Notes: generated by a model from the letters alone, not told the origin. 64,000 nucleotides of DNA from an uncultured delta proteobacterium (GCA_963716725.1 CAVQUB010000015.1:352001-416000); one strand, 5' to 3'; positions 18,933 to 33,844 are shown, numbered from the stretch's first letter. Numbers and translations: made by a program.

Positions 18933-20780
18933 TCAGGACAGCGGCTCGGAGCCGTCGAGCTTGCGGGGCTTGCGGCCACCGAAGAGCGCAAGGCGGAAGT
19001 AGGCCAGCTGGCTCTTGGCCACCTCTTTGACCTGCTCCACGCGGTCCGACTGCCGGGCGCTGCGGCGCGAAATGAGCTCTCCGCGCTCGAACAGCTCTCG
19101 GGTCTTGGTGCGCTGCAGCTTGCCGCTGGAGGTCTTCGGCAAAACTCCGGCGCCCAGCGGCAGCACGTCGTCGAGCGCGAGCCCGGTGAGCTCCATCACC
19201 CGAGCGCGCACCGCTCCGGCTATCCGATCGCGATCCGCCGGATCTTCCAGGGAGGTCTCGAAGGCGATCACCGCGCCCTCGCCGGTTTCGTCGTTGCCCG
19301 CCGTGCCAAAGGCGATCACGTTGCCCTTGCGCACACCGTCGATCTGGCTCGCGGCCCACTCGATGTCTTGCGGGTAATAGTTGCGGCCGCGCACGATCAA
19401 CAGCTCCTTGGAGCGGCCGCAGACGTAGACCGAGCCGTCGGCCAGGTATCCGAGATCACCGGTGCGGTACCAGCCGCCCGCGAAGGCGCGATCCGAAAGC
19501 TCGCTGTCTTCGAAGTAGCCGTCGAACACGCTGGGTCCGCGCAGGCGCAGCTCGCCGACGGTGCGCTCGGGCAGTTGAGCCTCGCCCTTGTCGTCGTCGT
19601 GGTGGAAGACGCCGACCTCGTGGCCCTCGAAGGCGCGGCCGCAGGACACCAGTCGAAGGGTGTCGCCGTCGGCCTTGGGTACCGCGCGCCCCTCGGCCCA
19701 TAGGGCCTCGGCTTCGACCTGATCGGTGGGCAACCCGCGAGCGAAGGACACGGCGAGGGTGGACTCCGCCAAGCCGTAGGCCGGGAAGAACGACTCCTGG
19801 CGAAACCCGAGCTTCGCGAAGGTGTTGGCGAAGCTCTCGAGGGTCTCGGCGCGGATCGGCTCGGCGCCGCAGCCCGCGACGCGCCAGCGTGACAGATCCA
19901 CTCCTTCGAGCTCGCGCTCCTTGGCGCGCTTCACGCACAGCGCGTAGGCGAAGTTCGGGCCGAAGGTCATGCTCGCCTCGTAACGAGACATCGCCTGCAG
20001 CCAGACCGCCGGACGGAACAGGAACATCAGCGGGGTGAGGAAGGTGGTCTGGATGGTGCCGACGATCGGGGACAGCACGAAGCCGATCAACCCCATGTCG
20101 TGATAGAGCGGGAGCCAGGACAGCGCGGAGTCCACCGTGGGATCGATCCGCAGGCCTTCCACGTTGATGTTCTGGATGTTCGCCAGCAGGTTGGCGTGAG
20201 TGATGCGGACGCCCTTGGGCCGCGAGGTCGAGCCGCTGGTGAACTGCAAGAAGGCCACGTCGTCGGCGTTGATCTGCGGGGCCACGAGCGGGCGCTTTGC
20301 GTCCTCGAGGGAGGAGTAGGTGACGATGGTCCGAAGCGCAGGACAGCTGGCTTGCACGTTTCCGAGCACACCCTTGATGACGGGCGAGGTGATCAGCGCC
20401 TTCGCGCCGCAGCGCTCCACGATGTGCCGGGTATTGTCCAAGAAGCCCGTCAGCTGGGCCGGGCCCATGGGTGGATAGATCGGCACGGGCAGGATCCCCG
20501 CGCGCAGGGCGGCGAGGAAGGTGATCACGAAGGCCTCGTTGTCGGGCAAGACCAGCGCAACGCGGTCGCCCTTCTTCAGGCCGAGGGACTGGAGCGCGCC
20601 GCCGATGGCGTGGGTGTGGCGCTCGATGTCCGCGAAGGTGTGCGACGACTCGACCCACTTCTCGTTCTTCACGAAGCGGAACCCGCGGCCGCCGCCGCTG
20701 AGCGCGGCCAGCTCGATGGCGTGGGCCAATGACGTCGGTTTCATCTCGTGAAGCTCCGGGAGTAGGAAAGGGCGGCGCAC
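18933..20780 (-). CDS. Fatty acyl-AMP ligase
   Basis: FLQFTSGSTSRPKG, SWLPLYHDMGLIG, YGLAESTL, RTGDLGY, LPKTSSGKLQR. Confidence 0.9.
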   Translation of the reverse strand: MRRPFLLPELHEMKPTSLAHAIELAALSGGGRGFRFVKNEKWVESSHTFADIERHTHAIGGALQSLGLKKGDRVALVLPDNEAFVITFLAALRAGILPVPIYPPMGPAQLTGFLDNTRHIVERCGAKALITSPVIKGVLGNVQASCPALRTIVTYSSLEDAKRPLVAPQINADDVAFLQFTSGSTSRPKGVRITHANLLANIQNINVEGLRIDPTVDSALSWLPLYHDMGLIGFVLSPIVGTIQTTFLTPLMFLFRPAVWLQAMSRYEASMTFGPNFAYALCVKRAKERELEGVDLSRWRVAGCGAEPIRAETLESFANTFAKLGFRQESFFPAYGLAESTLAVSFARGLPTDQVEAEALWAEGRAVPKADGDTLRLVSCGRAFEGHEVGVFHHDDDKGEAQLPERTVGELRLRGPSVFDGYFEDSELSDRAFAGGWYRTGDLGYLADGSVYVCGRSKELLIVRGRNYYPQDIEWAASQIDGVRKGNVIAFGTAGNDETGEGAVIAFETSLEDPADRDRIAGAVRARVMELTGLALDDVLPLGAGVLPKTSSGKLQRTKTRELFERGELISRRSARQSDRVEQVKEVAKSQLAYFRLALFGGRKPRKLDGSEPLS

Positions 20781-20928
20781 CGTATCACGCCGCGGCCGCG
20801 CTCGAGCGGCGCCGCCGCGGCGGATCCGCGCACGAACCCCCGGCCCGCGGCCACGCGAGCCGCTAGAACGGGGCCAGAAGTGCCCGATCTGGCCGGCGCG
20901 TGGTAGGGTCTCGACCGGAGATTCGCGC

Positions 20929-22422
20929 GTGCCGGACTGGGGACCTGACTACGACATCGCCGGGCGCTACCGGCTGGTCAGTCTGCTGGGCCGCGGCGGC
21001 ATGGGCGAGGTCTGGCGGGCCGAGCACACGGCGCTCCACTCGGCCGTTGCCATCAAGCTCATCCATCAGCGCTACGCAAACGACGAGGGAGTGGTGCGGC
21101 GCTTCATGCAAGAGGCGCGAGCGGCTGCCTCGCTCCAGAGCCCCTACGTGGTTCGCACGACCGATTTCGGCGTGGTCGAAGGCACGCCCTTCCTGGTGAT
21201 GGAGTTGCTGAACGGTGAGAGCCTGGCGGAGCGGCTCGAGCGCGTCGGGCGACTCGGCCCAGCCGAGGCCGCGCGCGTGGTGCGGCATGTCGCGCGCGCT
21301 ATCGGCAAGGCTCACGAAGCCGGCTTCGTTCATCGGGACCTCAAGCCCGACAACATCTTCATTTGCTCGGACGACGAAGAAGAGATCGTCAAGGTCTTGG
21401 ACTTCGGCATCGCCAAGGCCATCTCCGGCACCCTGGGCGACAACTCGACGCACACACGAACCGGCGCGCTGCTCGGCACCCCGTACTACATGAGCCCCGA
21501 GCAGGCCCAAGGCGACCGGAGCGTGGACTTTCGGACGGATCTCTGGGCCATCGGCGTGATCGCCTTCGAGTGCCTGGTGGGCAAGCGACCCTTCGACGCG
21601 GAGGGGCTGGGGTCGCTGGTCATGCAGGTCTGCGCGGGGCCAATCCCCATCCCCTCGCAGCTCGCCCCCGTCCCGCCGGGCTTCGACGAGTGGTTCCACC
21701 GAGCGCTCTGCCGCGATCCCGAAGGTCGCTTCCAGACCGCGCGCGAACTCTCGCACGCGCTGCGCGCCGTGCTGGTCCCGTCGGCATCCACCGATGCGGC
21801 CGGGGTGAGCCGCATGCAGTGGCCCGGCCCGGCGGCACGCCAGGCTGGCACCGAGAGCATTTCGGCGGTGTTCGTCGCGCCGAGCGCGGAAGCAGCGCAG
21901 ACTGCGGACGCGACGCCCGGTGCGAGGATCCCCGAGCCGACCCCGACCCATGGGGCGTCCGCCCACGCCACCACTCCTTGGAGCAGCGCCCATCAGCGGC
22001 TCGATACCGCCGCGGGGGCCAACGCTGCGGTATCGATCCCGATGAAGAAGAGCGGGCTCGGGTGGGTCGCGCTGCTCGCGGTCGCTGGCGTCGTTGGCGT
22101 GGTCAGTCTGCTGTTGGTCGTTCGTGTCGTGAGCAAGCGGGCTGCGGTGGCCGCGAGCGCCGATCCGGCAGCTGCGAGCGCGCCGCCGCTTTCGGAGGTC
22201 GCGGCCGCGCCAAGCGCCGATCCGGAGCCGAGCGCTGCCGCCTCGGCACCCGCAGCGCCCGAGGCATCGGCGGGGCCCGCACCCAAGATCGCGACCCGCG
22301 CCGTGAAGCCACCCGTCGCCGCACCTGCCATCGTCGGCAAAGCCCCCACCATGCCCAAGCACGAGCCCGTGAAGCCCCCGGCCGCACCCCCCGCGAGCAG
22401 CAAGGGCAGACTCGGCTTCTGA
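20929..22422 (+). CDS. Membrane Ser/Thr protein kinase
   Basis: LGRGGMGEVW, VAIK, HRDLKPDN, DFGIAK, GTPYYMSPEQ; TM and Pro/Ala tail. Confidence 0.93.
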   Translation: MPDWGPDYDIAGRYRLVSLLGRGGMGEVWRAEHTALHSAVAIKLIHQRYANDEGVVRRFMQEARAAASLQSPYVVRTTDFGVVEGTPFLVMELLNGESLAERLERVGRLGPAEAARVVRHVARAIGKAHEAGFVHRDLKPDNIFICSDDEEEIVKVLDFGIAKAISGTLGDNSTHTRTGALLGTPYYMSPEQAQGDRSVDFRTDLWAIGVIAFECLVGKRPFDAEGLGSLVMQVCAGPIPIPSQLAPVPPGFDEWFHRALCRDPEGRFQTARELSHALRAVLVPSASTDAAGVSRMQWPGPAARQAGTESISAVFVAPSAEAAQTADATPGARIPEPTPTHGASAHATTPWSSAHQRLDTAAGANAAVSIPMKKSGLGWVALLAVAGVVGVVSLLLVVRVVSKRAAVAASADPAAASAPPLSEVAAAPSADPEPSAAASAPAAPEASAGPAPKIATRAVKPPVAAPAIVGKAPTMPKHEPVKPPAAPPASSKGRLGF

Positions 22423-22433
22423 AGTTCAGCACC

Positions 22434-23465
22434 ATGCGCCCAAAGCAATCGATCCTCGTCGCCCTCATCGTCCTGCTCACTTCGACCTTCGCGCGGGCGG
22501 AGCCCGACGCCGCCACGAAAGAGAAGGCGCGCGTCATGGGCACGAAGGGCCTGTCGCACTACGACAACGGCGACTACGCGAAAGCGGTGGAGCAGTTCGA
22601 GCCGGCCTACGGGCTGTATCGCGCGCCGACACTCGGGCTCTACTCGGCGCGCGCATTGGCCAAGCTCGGTCGGCTGACCCAGGCATCCGCGCGTTACCTC
22701 GAGGTGATGAACTTGCCCCTGGCGAAGGACGCGCCGGCGCAGTTCGCCGAAGCGCAAAGCGCCGCCGCCGCGGAGCGCACGGAGTTGATCCAGCGAATTC
22801 CGAGGCTGCGGGTCGAGATCGCCGGCAGCGGCGAGGGCGACGCGACGGTGACCGTCGACGGAGTTGCGGTCGATTTGCAGGCGCTCTCGGCGGGCGTTCA
22901 GCTCAATCCCGGCGCCCACGAGGTCCGCGGACAGCTCGGCGACAAGCCAGCGCAGATGACCGTCCCGCTGCAAGAGGGCGAGACCCGAACCATCACCCTG
23001 GACTTCTCCGGCTCGTCGCCAGCCGCGGTCACGCCCGGATCCGGGACCGTGGGCCCGGGATCGGCGCCCGCAGCCGGGGGCTCGTTCCAGCCGGCGGGCC
23101 CCGATGGTCGCGCCCCAGTCACTCAGGGCTCCGGCGCGCGCACTTTCGGGTGGGTGCTCATCGGTACGGGGATCGTCGGGGTCGGCGTCGGCGCGGTGAC
23201 CGGTGGCTTAGCGTCCCAGAAGAAGTCGGATCTGGAGGGCGTCTGCCATCCGAATCTCGATCACTGCCCCGAGAACGAGCGCCGCGTCGTGGACGAGTAC
23301 AATACGCTACGCACCGTATCGACCGTCGGCTTCGTCGTGGGCGGCATCGGCATCGCTGGCGGCGGCATCTTGCTTCTCAGCTCGAGGAGCAAGCCCAAGC
23401 CCAGCGCGCGCGGGGTGACGCCGTGGGTGGGCTTGGCGAGCGCCGGGATGCGGGGGTCGTTCTGA
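22434..23465 (+). CDS. TPR + PEGA-like domain membrane protein
   Basis: Signal peptide, TPR helices, VTVDG...LNPGAHEV, C-terminal hydrophobic hairpin. Confidence 0.75.
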   Translation: MRPKQSILVALIVLLTSTFARAEPDAATKEKARVMGTKGLSHYDNGDYAKAVEQFEPAYGLYRAPTLGLYSARALAKLGRLTQASARYLEVMNLPLAKDAPAQFAEAQSAAAAERTELIQRIPRLRVEIAGSGEGDATVTVDGVAVDLQALSAGVQLNPGAHEVRGQLGDKPAQMTVPLQEGETRTITLDFSGSSPAAVTPGSGTVGPGSAPAAGGSFQPAGPDGRAPVTQGSGARTFGWVLIGTGIVGVGVGAVTGGLASQKKSDLEGVCHPNLDHCPENERRVVDEYNTLRTVSTVGFVVGGIGIAGGGILLLSSRSKPKPSARGVTPWVGLASAGMRGSF

Positions 23466-24244
23466 TGCTGCCCTGGCGTCGCGAAGCGCTTGCGAGCGTG
23501 TTGCTCGGCGCGTTCGTGGTGGTGAGCTGCGTCTTGCCTCCCGCCAAGGTCGACGAGGGAGCGGGAGGGGGCGGCGCGGGAGGGAGCGGCGCGTTCGGCG
23601 GTGGTGGCAGTGGCGGTGGCGGCGGCGATTGCTCGAACGCGGAGGAGTGCGGGGACGTTGACAGCTACGTCTGCGATCCGGCGACGGCGACCTGCCAAAC
23701 GGGGTGCACGGCGACGTCCTGCGCGGGCGACGAGATCTGCGTTCCGCAGTCGACGGGCGCCGCGGTTGGCGCCTGCTACACGTCCTGTTATCCGCTGGAA
23801 GCTTGCGCCAACGGGGGCACGTGCAACCCGAGCTTTGACGGCGCGTTCGGCGTCTGCTGGCCGGCGGGCGCGGGGGAGGAGGGGCAAGGTTGCAGCCCGA
23901 CTGACGTCAGCTCGGGTTGCGTGCAAGGCTTGCTCTGCGCTGCGGATGGCGGCCAACCGGTCTGCCGGTTTTCTTGCGATTTTTGGGGCGGGTCGCCGTT
24001 CTGCCCGCAGCCTCAACTCTGTGACGTGAGCGGTCGCTGCGTCGAGGAGGGACAGCCGGTTCCCGTCGATGAGATCTGTTACGCGGCAGGCACGCCCTGC
24101 GGCAACGGTGCCTACGCCTGGATGGGCATCTGCGCGACCGACAACGTCTGTCGAAGGGTATGCCGCGTCAACAATCCGTCGGATTGCACGGCGTCGGAAT
24201 CCTGCATCGGCGCGGCGGGCGAAACGGTCGGCCTCTGCTTCTGA
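23465..24244 (+). CDS. Gly-linker Cys-rich lipoprotein
   Basis: TGATG overlap; lipobox VVSC; more than 25 Cys. Confidence 0.72.
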   Translation: MLPWRREALASVLLGAFVVVSCVLPPAKVDEGAGGGGAGGSGAFGGGGSGGGGGDCSNAEECGDVDSYVCDPATATCQTGCTATSCAGDEICVPQSTGAAVGACYTSCYPLEACANGGTCNPSFDGAFGVCWPAGAGEEGQGCSPTDVSSGCVQGLLCAADGGQPVCRFSCDFWGGSPFCPQPQLCDVSGRCVEEGQPVPVDEICYAAGTPCGNGAYAWMGICATDNVCRRVCRVNNPSDCTASESCIGAAGETVGLCF

Positions 24245-24251
24245 GCGCCGG

Positions 24252-25139
24252 CTACAAGATCAAATCCAACAAGCGATCGAGCTCGTCCAGCGACGAGTAC
24301 TTCACGCTGATCTCGCCCTTGCCGTCGCGGTCGCGCACCTCGCACTTGGTGCCCAGCTTGCGCTCGAGGCGCAGCTCCAGATCGCGCACCGCCGCCGTCT
24401 TGCTGCTCTTGCGCCCGCCCTTGGCGCTCTTGCCGGCGCTCTGCTTGGCGTTGCGCACCAAGGCCTCGGTCTGCCGCACGCTGAGGCGTCCGGCGATGAC
24501 CTTGTCGGCGAGGGTGGCCAGCGTGAGCTCGTCGGGGGCGCCGAGCAGGGCGCGGGCGTGTCCCTCCGAGAGATCCCCCGTGATGACGAGCTTTCGCACG
24601 CGCTCGGGGAGCTTCAAGAGCCGGAGCGCGTTGGCGACGGTCGAGCGATCTTTTCCGATGCGCGAGGCCAGGCTCTCCTGGGTGTAGCCGAGGTCGCGCA
24701 TCAGGCGGTCGAAGGCCTCCGACAGCTCGATGGGGTTGAGATCGGCGCGTTGGATGTTCTCGATCAGCGCCAGCTCGAAGGCGTCCTTGTCCGAGACGTC
24801 GCGCACGACGACCAGGACCTCGCGCAGGCCGGCCCGCTGGGCCGCGCGCCAGCGGCGCTCGCCGGCGATGATCTCGAATTCGTCGGCGGCGCGGCGGCGC
24901 ACGACCAGGGGCTCGATGATGCCGTGCTCGCGGATGCTCTGCGCGAGCTCCTCGAGGGCCTGCTCCTCGATGTGGCTGCGGGGCTGATCGCGCCGCGGCT
25001 TGATCTTCTCGACCCCACAGGTGAACACGTTGCCTTCGCCGTAGCTGCCGACCCCGTGGGACGGAGTCGGGGCAGGGGCGGGCTTGGCGGGGAACAGCGC
25101 GTCGAGCCCTCGACCCAGACCGCGCGGTGGCTTGCCCAT
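24252..25139 (-). CDS. parB: Chromosome partitioning protein ParB
   Basis: RGLGRGLDAL, IIAGERRWRAA, LIENIQRADL, HTH RSTVANALRLL. Confidence 0.95.
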   Translation of the reverse strand: MGKPPRGLGRGLDALFPAKPAPAPTPSHGVGSYGEGNVFTCGVEKIKPRRDQPRSHIEEQALEELAQSIREHGIIEPLVVRRRAADEFEIIAGERRWRAAQRAGLREVLVVVRDVSDKDAFELALIENIQRADLNPIELSEAFDRLMRDLGYTQESLASRIGKDRSTVANALRLLKLPERVRKLVITGDLSEGHARALLGAPDELTLATLADKVIAGRLSVRQTEALVRNAKQSAGKSAKGGRKSSKTAAVRDLELRLERKLGTKCEVRDRDGKGEISVKYSSLDELDRLLDLIL

Positions 25140-25147
25140 GCCGGTGG

Positions 25148-25912
25148 TCACGGCGCAGCCTCGAGCAGCTCGCGCGCCAGGCTCAGGTAGCCCTGCGCGC
25201 CCTTGCTCGACACGTCGTAGAGCAGCGCGGGCAGGCCGTGGCTCGGGGCCTCGCTGAGGCGCACGTTGCGCGGGATCACGGCGTCGAACACCCGGAAGTG
25301 ACGGCGAACTTCGTCGGCCACCTGGTGCGCCAGGCGATTGCGTGGATCCCACATGGTCAGCACGATGCCTTCCACGGTCAGCTGGGGATTCAAGCTAGAC
25401 TTCACGCGGTCGATGGTGGCCATCAGGTACGTGATGCCTTCGAGCGCGTAGTACTCGGGCTGCAAGGGCACGATCACGCGGTCGGCGGCCACGAGCACGT
25501 TGAGCGTCAGCACACCGAGCGAAGGTGGTGAGTCGATGACCACGTAGCGGTAGCGGTCCAGGGCGGGCTCTTCGAGCAAGCGGCGCAGGTGAGTGCCACG
25601 TTCTTCGTCGAACAACTCGTACTCGACCGCGGTGAGATCTTGCGTGCTCGGCGCGACGTCGAGGGTCGCGATCTTGGTGTGCTGGATGATGTCAGTGAGG
25701 GTCGCGTTGCCGACCAGAGCGTCGTAGATGGTGCGCTCGACGGTGCCGGAGCCGAAGCCGACTCCGCTCGATGCGTTGGCCTGCGGGTCGAGATCGACCA
25801 GCAGGGTGGGTTGCTCGGCCGCAGCCAGGCTCGCGGCGAGGTTCACCGCCGTAGTTGTCTTGCCGACGCCACCCTTCTGGTTGGCGATGGCGATCACGTT
25901 CGGGCGGGGCAT
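25148..25912 (-). CDS. parA: Chromosome partitioning ATPase ParA/Soj
   Basis: ANQKGGVGKTTT, DLDPQANAS, IPRNVRLSEAPSHG. Confidence 0.95.
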   Translation of the reverse strand: MPRPNVIAIANQKGGVGKTTTAVNLAASLAAAEQPTLLVDLDPQANASSGVGFGSGTVERTIYDALVGNATLTDIIQHTKIATLDVAPSTQDLTAVEYELFDEERGTHLRRLLEEPALDRYRYVVIDSPPSLGVLTLNVLVAADRVIVPLQPEYYALEGITYLMATIDRVKSSLNPQLTVEGIVLTMWDPRNRLAHQVADEVRRHFRVFDAVIPRNVRLSEAPSHGLPALLYDVSSKGAQGYLSLARELLEAAP

Positions 25913-26111
25913 GTTGGTCGCGGTCGGTGCTTACTGCGAAAGCCGCATCGCCGGTGGTAGCAAAAAGGCAGATGCGACGGGGGCAGGCTCGCACACCGCG
26001 CCGCGGGCGTCGCCTTATCGAACTCGCTGGAAACAGCATCAGTATTTTGGACGGGCCCCAGGCGTGTCGTACTGTGTGCGCAGATGTAGGTGCAGGTGGG
26101 TTGACGTAAGC

Positions 26112-26288
26112 ATGAACGCCAGTCGCAACGCTCGACATTCCCTCCGCAGCCGCCTCCGCGCGGCGCTGAGTGAAATCGAGCGCGGCGCGGCAGCGCGGCA
26201 GCGGGTGCTCGCCACGCAGTTCTACGCGAGCGCCGAGCCCGGCCCCGGCCGGGTGATCCCACTGCCCAAGTCTTTCGTTCGTCCCTGA
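26112..26288 (+). CDS. Small hypothetical protein (58 aa)
   Basis: ATG at 26112, divergent from parA, directly upstream of 26325 ORF. Confidence 0.4.
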   Translation: MNASRNARHSLRSRLRAALSEIERGAAARQRVLATQFYASAEPGPGRVIPLPKSFVRP

Positions 26289-26324
26289 GCTCTCTGCCCA
26301 CCCCGACCGAGGAGATCCGAATCG

Positions 26325-26516
26325 ATGTCCACGCCCCGCGCTTATCGAAGCTTCGCCGACTTCCAACGCGAGGAAATCCGTCCCGGCATGCGAGCCGGAT
26401 GGACCCTCGACGAGCTCGAAGAACCCGCCATGGGTGCGGAGCTCGACTTCGACGCCGATCCCTTCGAGGCGATGCTCGACAAGGCCGCCGAAGAGGATGA
26501 GGACGAAGACGACTGA
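26325..26516 (+). CDS. Small acidic protein (63 aa)
   Basis: GAGGAG upstream, GC3-biased codons, acidic C-terminus, terminator downstream. Confidence 0.65.
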   Translation: MSTPRAYRSFADFQREEIRPGMRAGWTLDELEEPAMGAELDFDADPFEAMLDKAAEEDEDEDD

Positions 26517-26595
26517 GCTGCCTTGATTTCGGATTGGCCGGGGTCGGCCGTAGCGTCGCCCCCGTCCGATCCGGGTTCCCCTCCCGGAACCCTTC

Positions 26596-26634
26596 GGCCC
26601 CCGCGGACCTGCCTCCCGCGGGGGCCATTTTCTT
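26596..26634 (+). terminator. Rho-independent terminator
   Basis: 11-bp stem GGCCCCCGCGG/CCGCGGGGGCC followed by ATTTTCTT. Confidence 0.65.
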
Positions 26635-26876
26635 GCGGCCCGCAAGGGGCCTCCCGCTGGTCGGCATCACGACCTGCCACCTCGCAGCGGGCAGCCCGCT
26701 GGTCGCCGGCACCACCGGCCGGGCCGCAAGGGGCGGCGTGGCGGAGCACCCCGATCCGAAGCCCAAGACGGGCGGCCGAAGCCGGACCCCAATTCTCTGC
26801 CTCTTCTCGCTGCCCCGCGCGGCCGGGGAGATGAGGCTTGCGGGTCGGGGACAATCGTGGAATTGAGGCCACTCCC

Positions 26877-28177
26877 ATGCAGGTTCAGGTCAACAAGCTC
26901 AGTCCCGTCTTGATCGAGTTCGATGTCGAGGTCGCTGCCGACCGCGTGAGCTCCGAGATAGAAAAGGCCTTCACGGCCGTCGCCAAGAACGCCCGCATCC
27001 GCGGCTTCCGACCCGGCAAGGCGCCGCGCGGCGTGCTCAAGAGCATGTTCGGCGCGCGCATCGCCGCGGACGTCGCCCAGCGGCTGGTCGACGAGACCTT
27101 CCCCCAGGCCGTGTCCTCACAGAACGTGCAGCCAGTGAGCTCGCCCGCCATCGAGCCGCAGACGGTCGAGGACAAGAAGCCCTTCTCCTACAAGGCACGC
27201 TTCGAGATCGTTCCGGCCATCGAGAGCGTGAAGTACGACGGCCTCGCTGCCAAACGCCCGAAGGTCGCGGTCAAGGACGAGCAGATCAACGAGCAACTCG
27301 AGCGCCTACGGCGCGAGCACTCGACCCTCGAGCCGCCGAAGACCGAGCGCGCCGCCGCCAAGGGCGACGTGGTGACCATCGACTTCACGCATCGAGGTGG
27401 ACGGCAAGGTGATCGAGGACGCCGGCGCGACGGACTTCCCGGCCGAGCTCGGCGCCGGCGTGCTGCTCGGTCGCCATTGACGAGGCGCTCGTGGGCAAGA
27501 AGCCCGGCGACGTCGCCGAGGCCAAGGACGAGATGCCAGCGCAGCATCCGCACCCCAAGCTCAAGGGCAAGACCGCGACCTTCAAGCTCACGCTCAAGGA
27601 CATGAAGGAGCGTGTGCTGCCCGATCTCGACGACGAGTTCGCGAAGGATCTGGGAGAGTTCGCCACGCTCGAGGACTTGAAGAAGGACATCACGGCCCGG
27701 ATCGAGAAGCAGCTCAAGGAGAGCTCCGACAACGCGGTGGCCGAGCAGCTCGTGGTGGAGCTGGTCCGCGCCAACCCGATCCCGCTGCCGCCGTCCTTGG
27801 TCGAGCGCCAGATGCAGCTGACCCAGCAGGAGATCATGTCTCAGGCGCGCCGGCAGGGGCAGAGCCCGGCCGGGCTCGGAGACGAGCTGCGTCAAAAGGT
27901 CCAGGCCGACAGCGAGGTCAAGGTCCGCGCGGGCTTGCTCATGGCCGAGATCGCCAAGAAAGAGCAGATCAAGATCGGCGAAGCGGAGATCGAGGAGGGC
28001 CTGGTCGAGCTGGCTGAGCAGAGCGGCAAGAACGTCGCCAAGCTGCGCGCGGAGTACCGCGACCAAAAGAAGCGCGAAATGCTGATTGGGATGATTCTCG
28101 AGAACAAGGTACTCGACATCATCGAGGCGAAGGCCAAGATCGTGGATGACGTCCCGACCGAAGAGGAAGCCAAATGA
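26877..28177 (+). CDS. tig: Trigger factor (apparent indels near 27390 and 27470)
   Basis: [30 protein letters not shown]; typical position before clpP. Confidence 0.9.
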
Positions 28178-28831
28178 CGCAGCGCCCGGAGACCCGTCGG
28201 CAAGCCATGGAGATCCTCGAGACATCCGTCGCCAACAACATCATTTACCCGCACGTCGTCGAGACGACCCACCGCGGCGAGCGGACCTGGGACATCTTCA
28301 GCCGCCTGCTCAAGGACCGCATCGTCTTTCTGGGCAGCGAGGTCGACGACGACGTCGCCAACATCATCATCGCCCAGTTTCTGTTTCTGGAGAGCGAGGA
28401 TCCGGACAAGGACATCCAGCTCTACGTGAACTCGCCGGGCGGCGTGGTCACCGCCGGTCTCGCCATCTACGACACCATGCAGTACGTGCGCTGCCCCGTG
28501 ACCACCATCTGCATCGGACAGGCCGCGACCATGGGCGCGCTCCTGCTCGGCGCCGGGCAAAAGGGCCAGCGCTTCGCGCTGCCGCACTCGCGCATCATGA
28601 TCCACCAGCCCCTGGGCGGCGCCCGGGGTCAGGCCACGGACATCGAGATCCAGGCCCGCGAGATCCGTCATGCCAAGGACGTCATCACCGACATCCTGGT
28701 GCGCCGCCACCGGCCGGAGCCGGGACGAAATCGCCAAGGACATCGAGCGCGACTTCTACATGAGCCCGGCGCAGGCCAAGGAGTACGGCCTCATCGACGA
28801 GGTCTTCGAGCCCAAGAAGAAGGGCGAATAG
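28174..28831 (+). CDS. clpP: ATP-dependent Clp protease proteolytic subunit (indel near 28705)
   Basis: [33 protein letters not shown]-terminus ([20 protein letters not shown]) in another frame. Catalytic Ser position reads GQAATMG. Confidence 0.9.
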
Positions 28832-28910
28832 CTCCCCGTTACTCTGCGGGGGGCCCGCCGCGGGCCTCACAATTCCGGCGAATTTCCGCAATTGTTCCGT
28901 AGGAAAAAAA

Positions 28911-30175
<1,265 letters not shown>

Positions 30176-30266
30176 GCCGGCTTCTCGCTTCCGGCGGCGT
30201 CTCGTTGCGGGACCGATCCGCGAGCGGGGCCTAGACCACGAGTCCAGAACCCGCCCGAGCCAAGCC

Positions 30267-32799
<2,533 letters not shown>

Positions 32800-32848
32800 G
32801 CGGCTGACGGAGGCGCCCGACGAGCGCGTCCACGACGTCGACCGCCAC

Positions 32849-33755
32849 CTACACGTCTCGCGAAAGCGTGGCCAGGGCCCCGCGAAACCAGCGGTGTGCC
32901 GGATCTCCGTGGGCCCGCTCGTGCCAGTACGCGACGAGCGTGAAGCCCTCGAGCTCGAGCGGCACGGGCCGCGCCACCGCCGGCAGGGAGGCCGCGTAGC
33001 TCTGCACCATTCGCTCGGGTCCGACCCACGCCAGATTGGTGACCGCCACCACGTGCGGCGCCACGAGGAACTGGGGCACCGTGAGCGCCACGCGCCGCCG
33101 CCGGCCCAGGGCTGCCAGCTTTGCGTCGACGTAGCTGCCGGGCGTGCCGCGAGGCGCGACCAGCAGGTGAGACAGCGCGCAGAACGCGGTCCAGATCCAG
33201 CTTCTTCCGGGTGGCAGGGTGCCCCTGGCGAAGCAGCGTCAAGAATCGCTCGCGGAACAGGGGCCTCGCGTGCAGCGAGGCGAAGGCCGCGTCCTTGGTC
33301 CCGAGGAACAGATTGATCGCGCCCTCGGTGAGCTGCCGCAACACGTCGGGTACGGCCACGGGACGGAGGACCAGGTCCACCGCGGGCGCGTCCTCCGCCA
33401 GCCGCGCGAGCAGCGGCGGCAAGAGGACGAAAGCGCCGAGATCCGCGCACGCCAGCGTGAACGTGCGCGCGCTCGTCTTGGCGTCGAAAGGCGCGGGCCC
33501 CGCGAGGGTGCGGCGCACGGCCTCCAGGGCCGATGCCAGCGGCGTGCGGAGCTGCTCGGCGCGCGGCGTGGTGCGCAGCCCCAGCGGCGTGCGCACGAAG
33601 AGCGGATCGCCCAGGAGCGTGCGCAGCCGGCCCAGCGCGTGGCTGGTGGCGGGCTGGCTCAGCCCCACCCGCTTGGCCGCCCGCGTGACGCTGCCCTCGG
33701 CCAGGAGCGCCTCGAGCACCACCAGGAGGTTCAGATTGACGGAGGATAGATTCAC
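32849..33755 (-). CDS. LysR-family regulator (indel near 33189)
   Basis: NLNLLVVLEALL...SVTRAAKRVGLSQPATSHALGRLR; C-terminal WHERAHGDPAHRWFR. Confidence 0.88.
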
Positions 33756-33844
33756 GGGATGAATGAGGAAGATAGCATCCATCGATTGGCTGCATGCGGA
33801 CTCCGCGCGCATGGTTGCCTTCGAACCGGAGAGGAGTCTCGAAC

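Noticed and set aside
18933..20780. Secondary-metabolite cluster around the fatty acyl-AMP ligase
   Set aside because: No ACP, PKS or NRPS genes are adjacent
24252..26876. parS sites or oriC near parAB; tRNA upstream of tig
   Set aside because: No TGTTCCACGTGGAAC-like palindrome, DnaA-box cluster or cloverleaf was seen by eye
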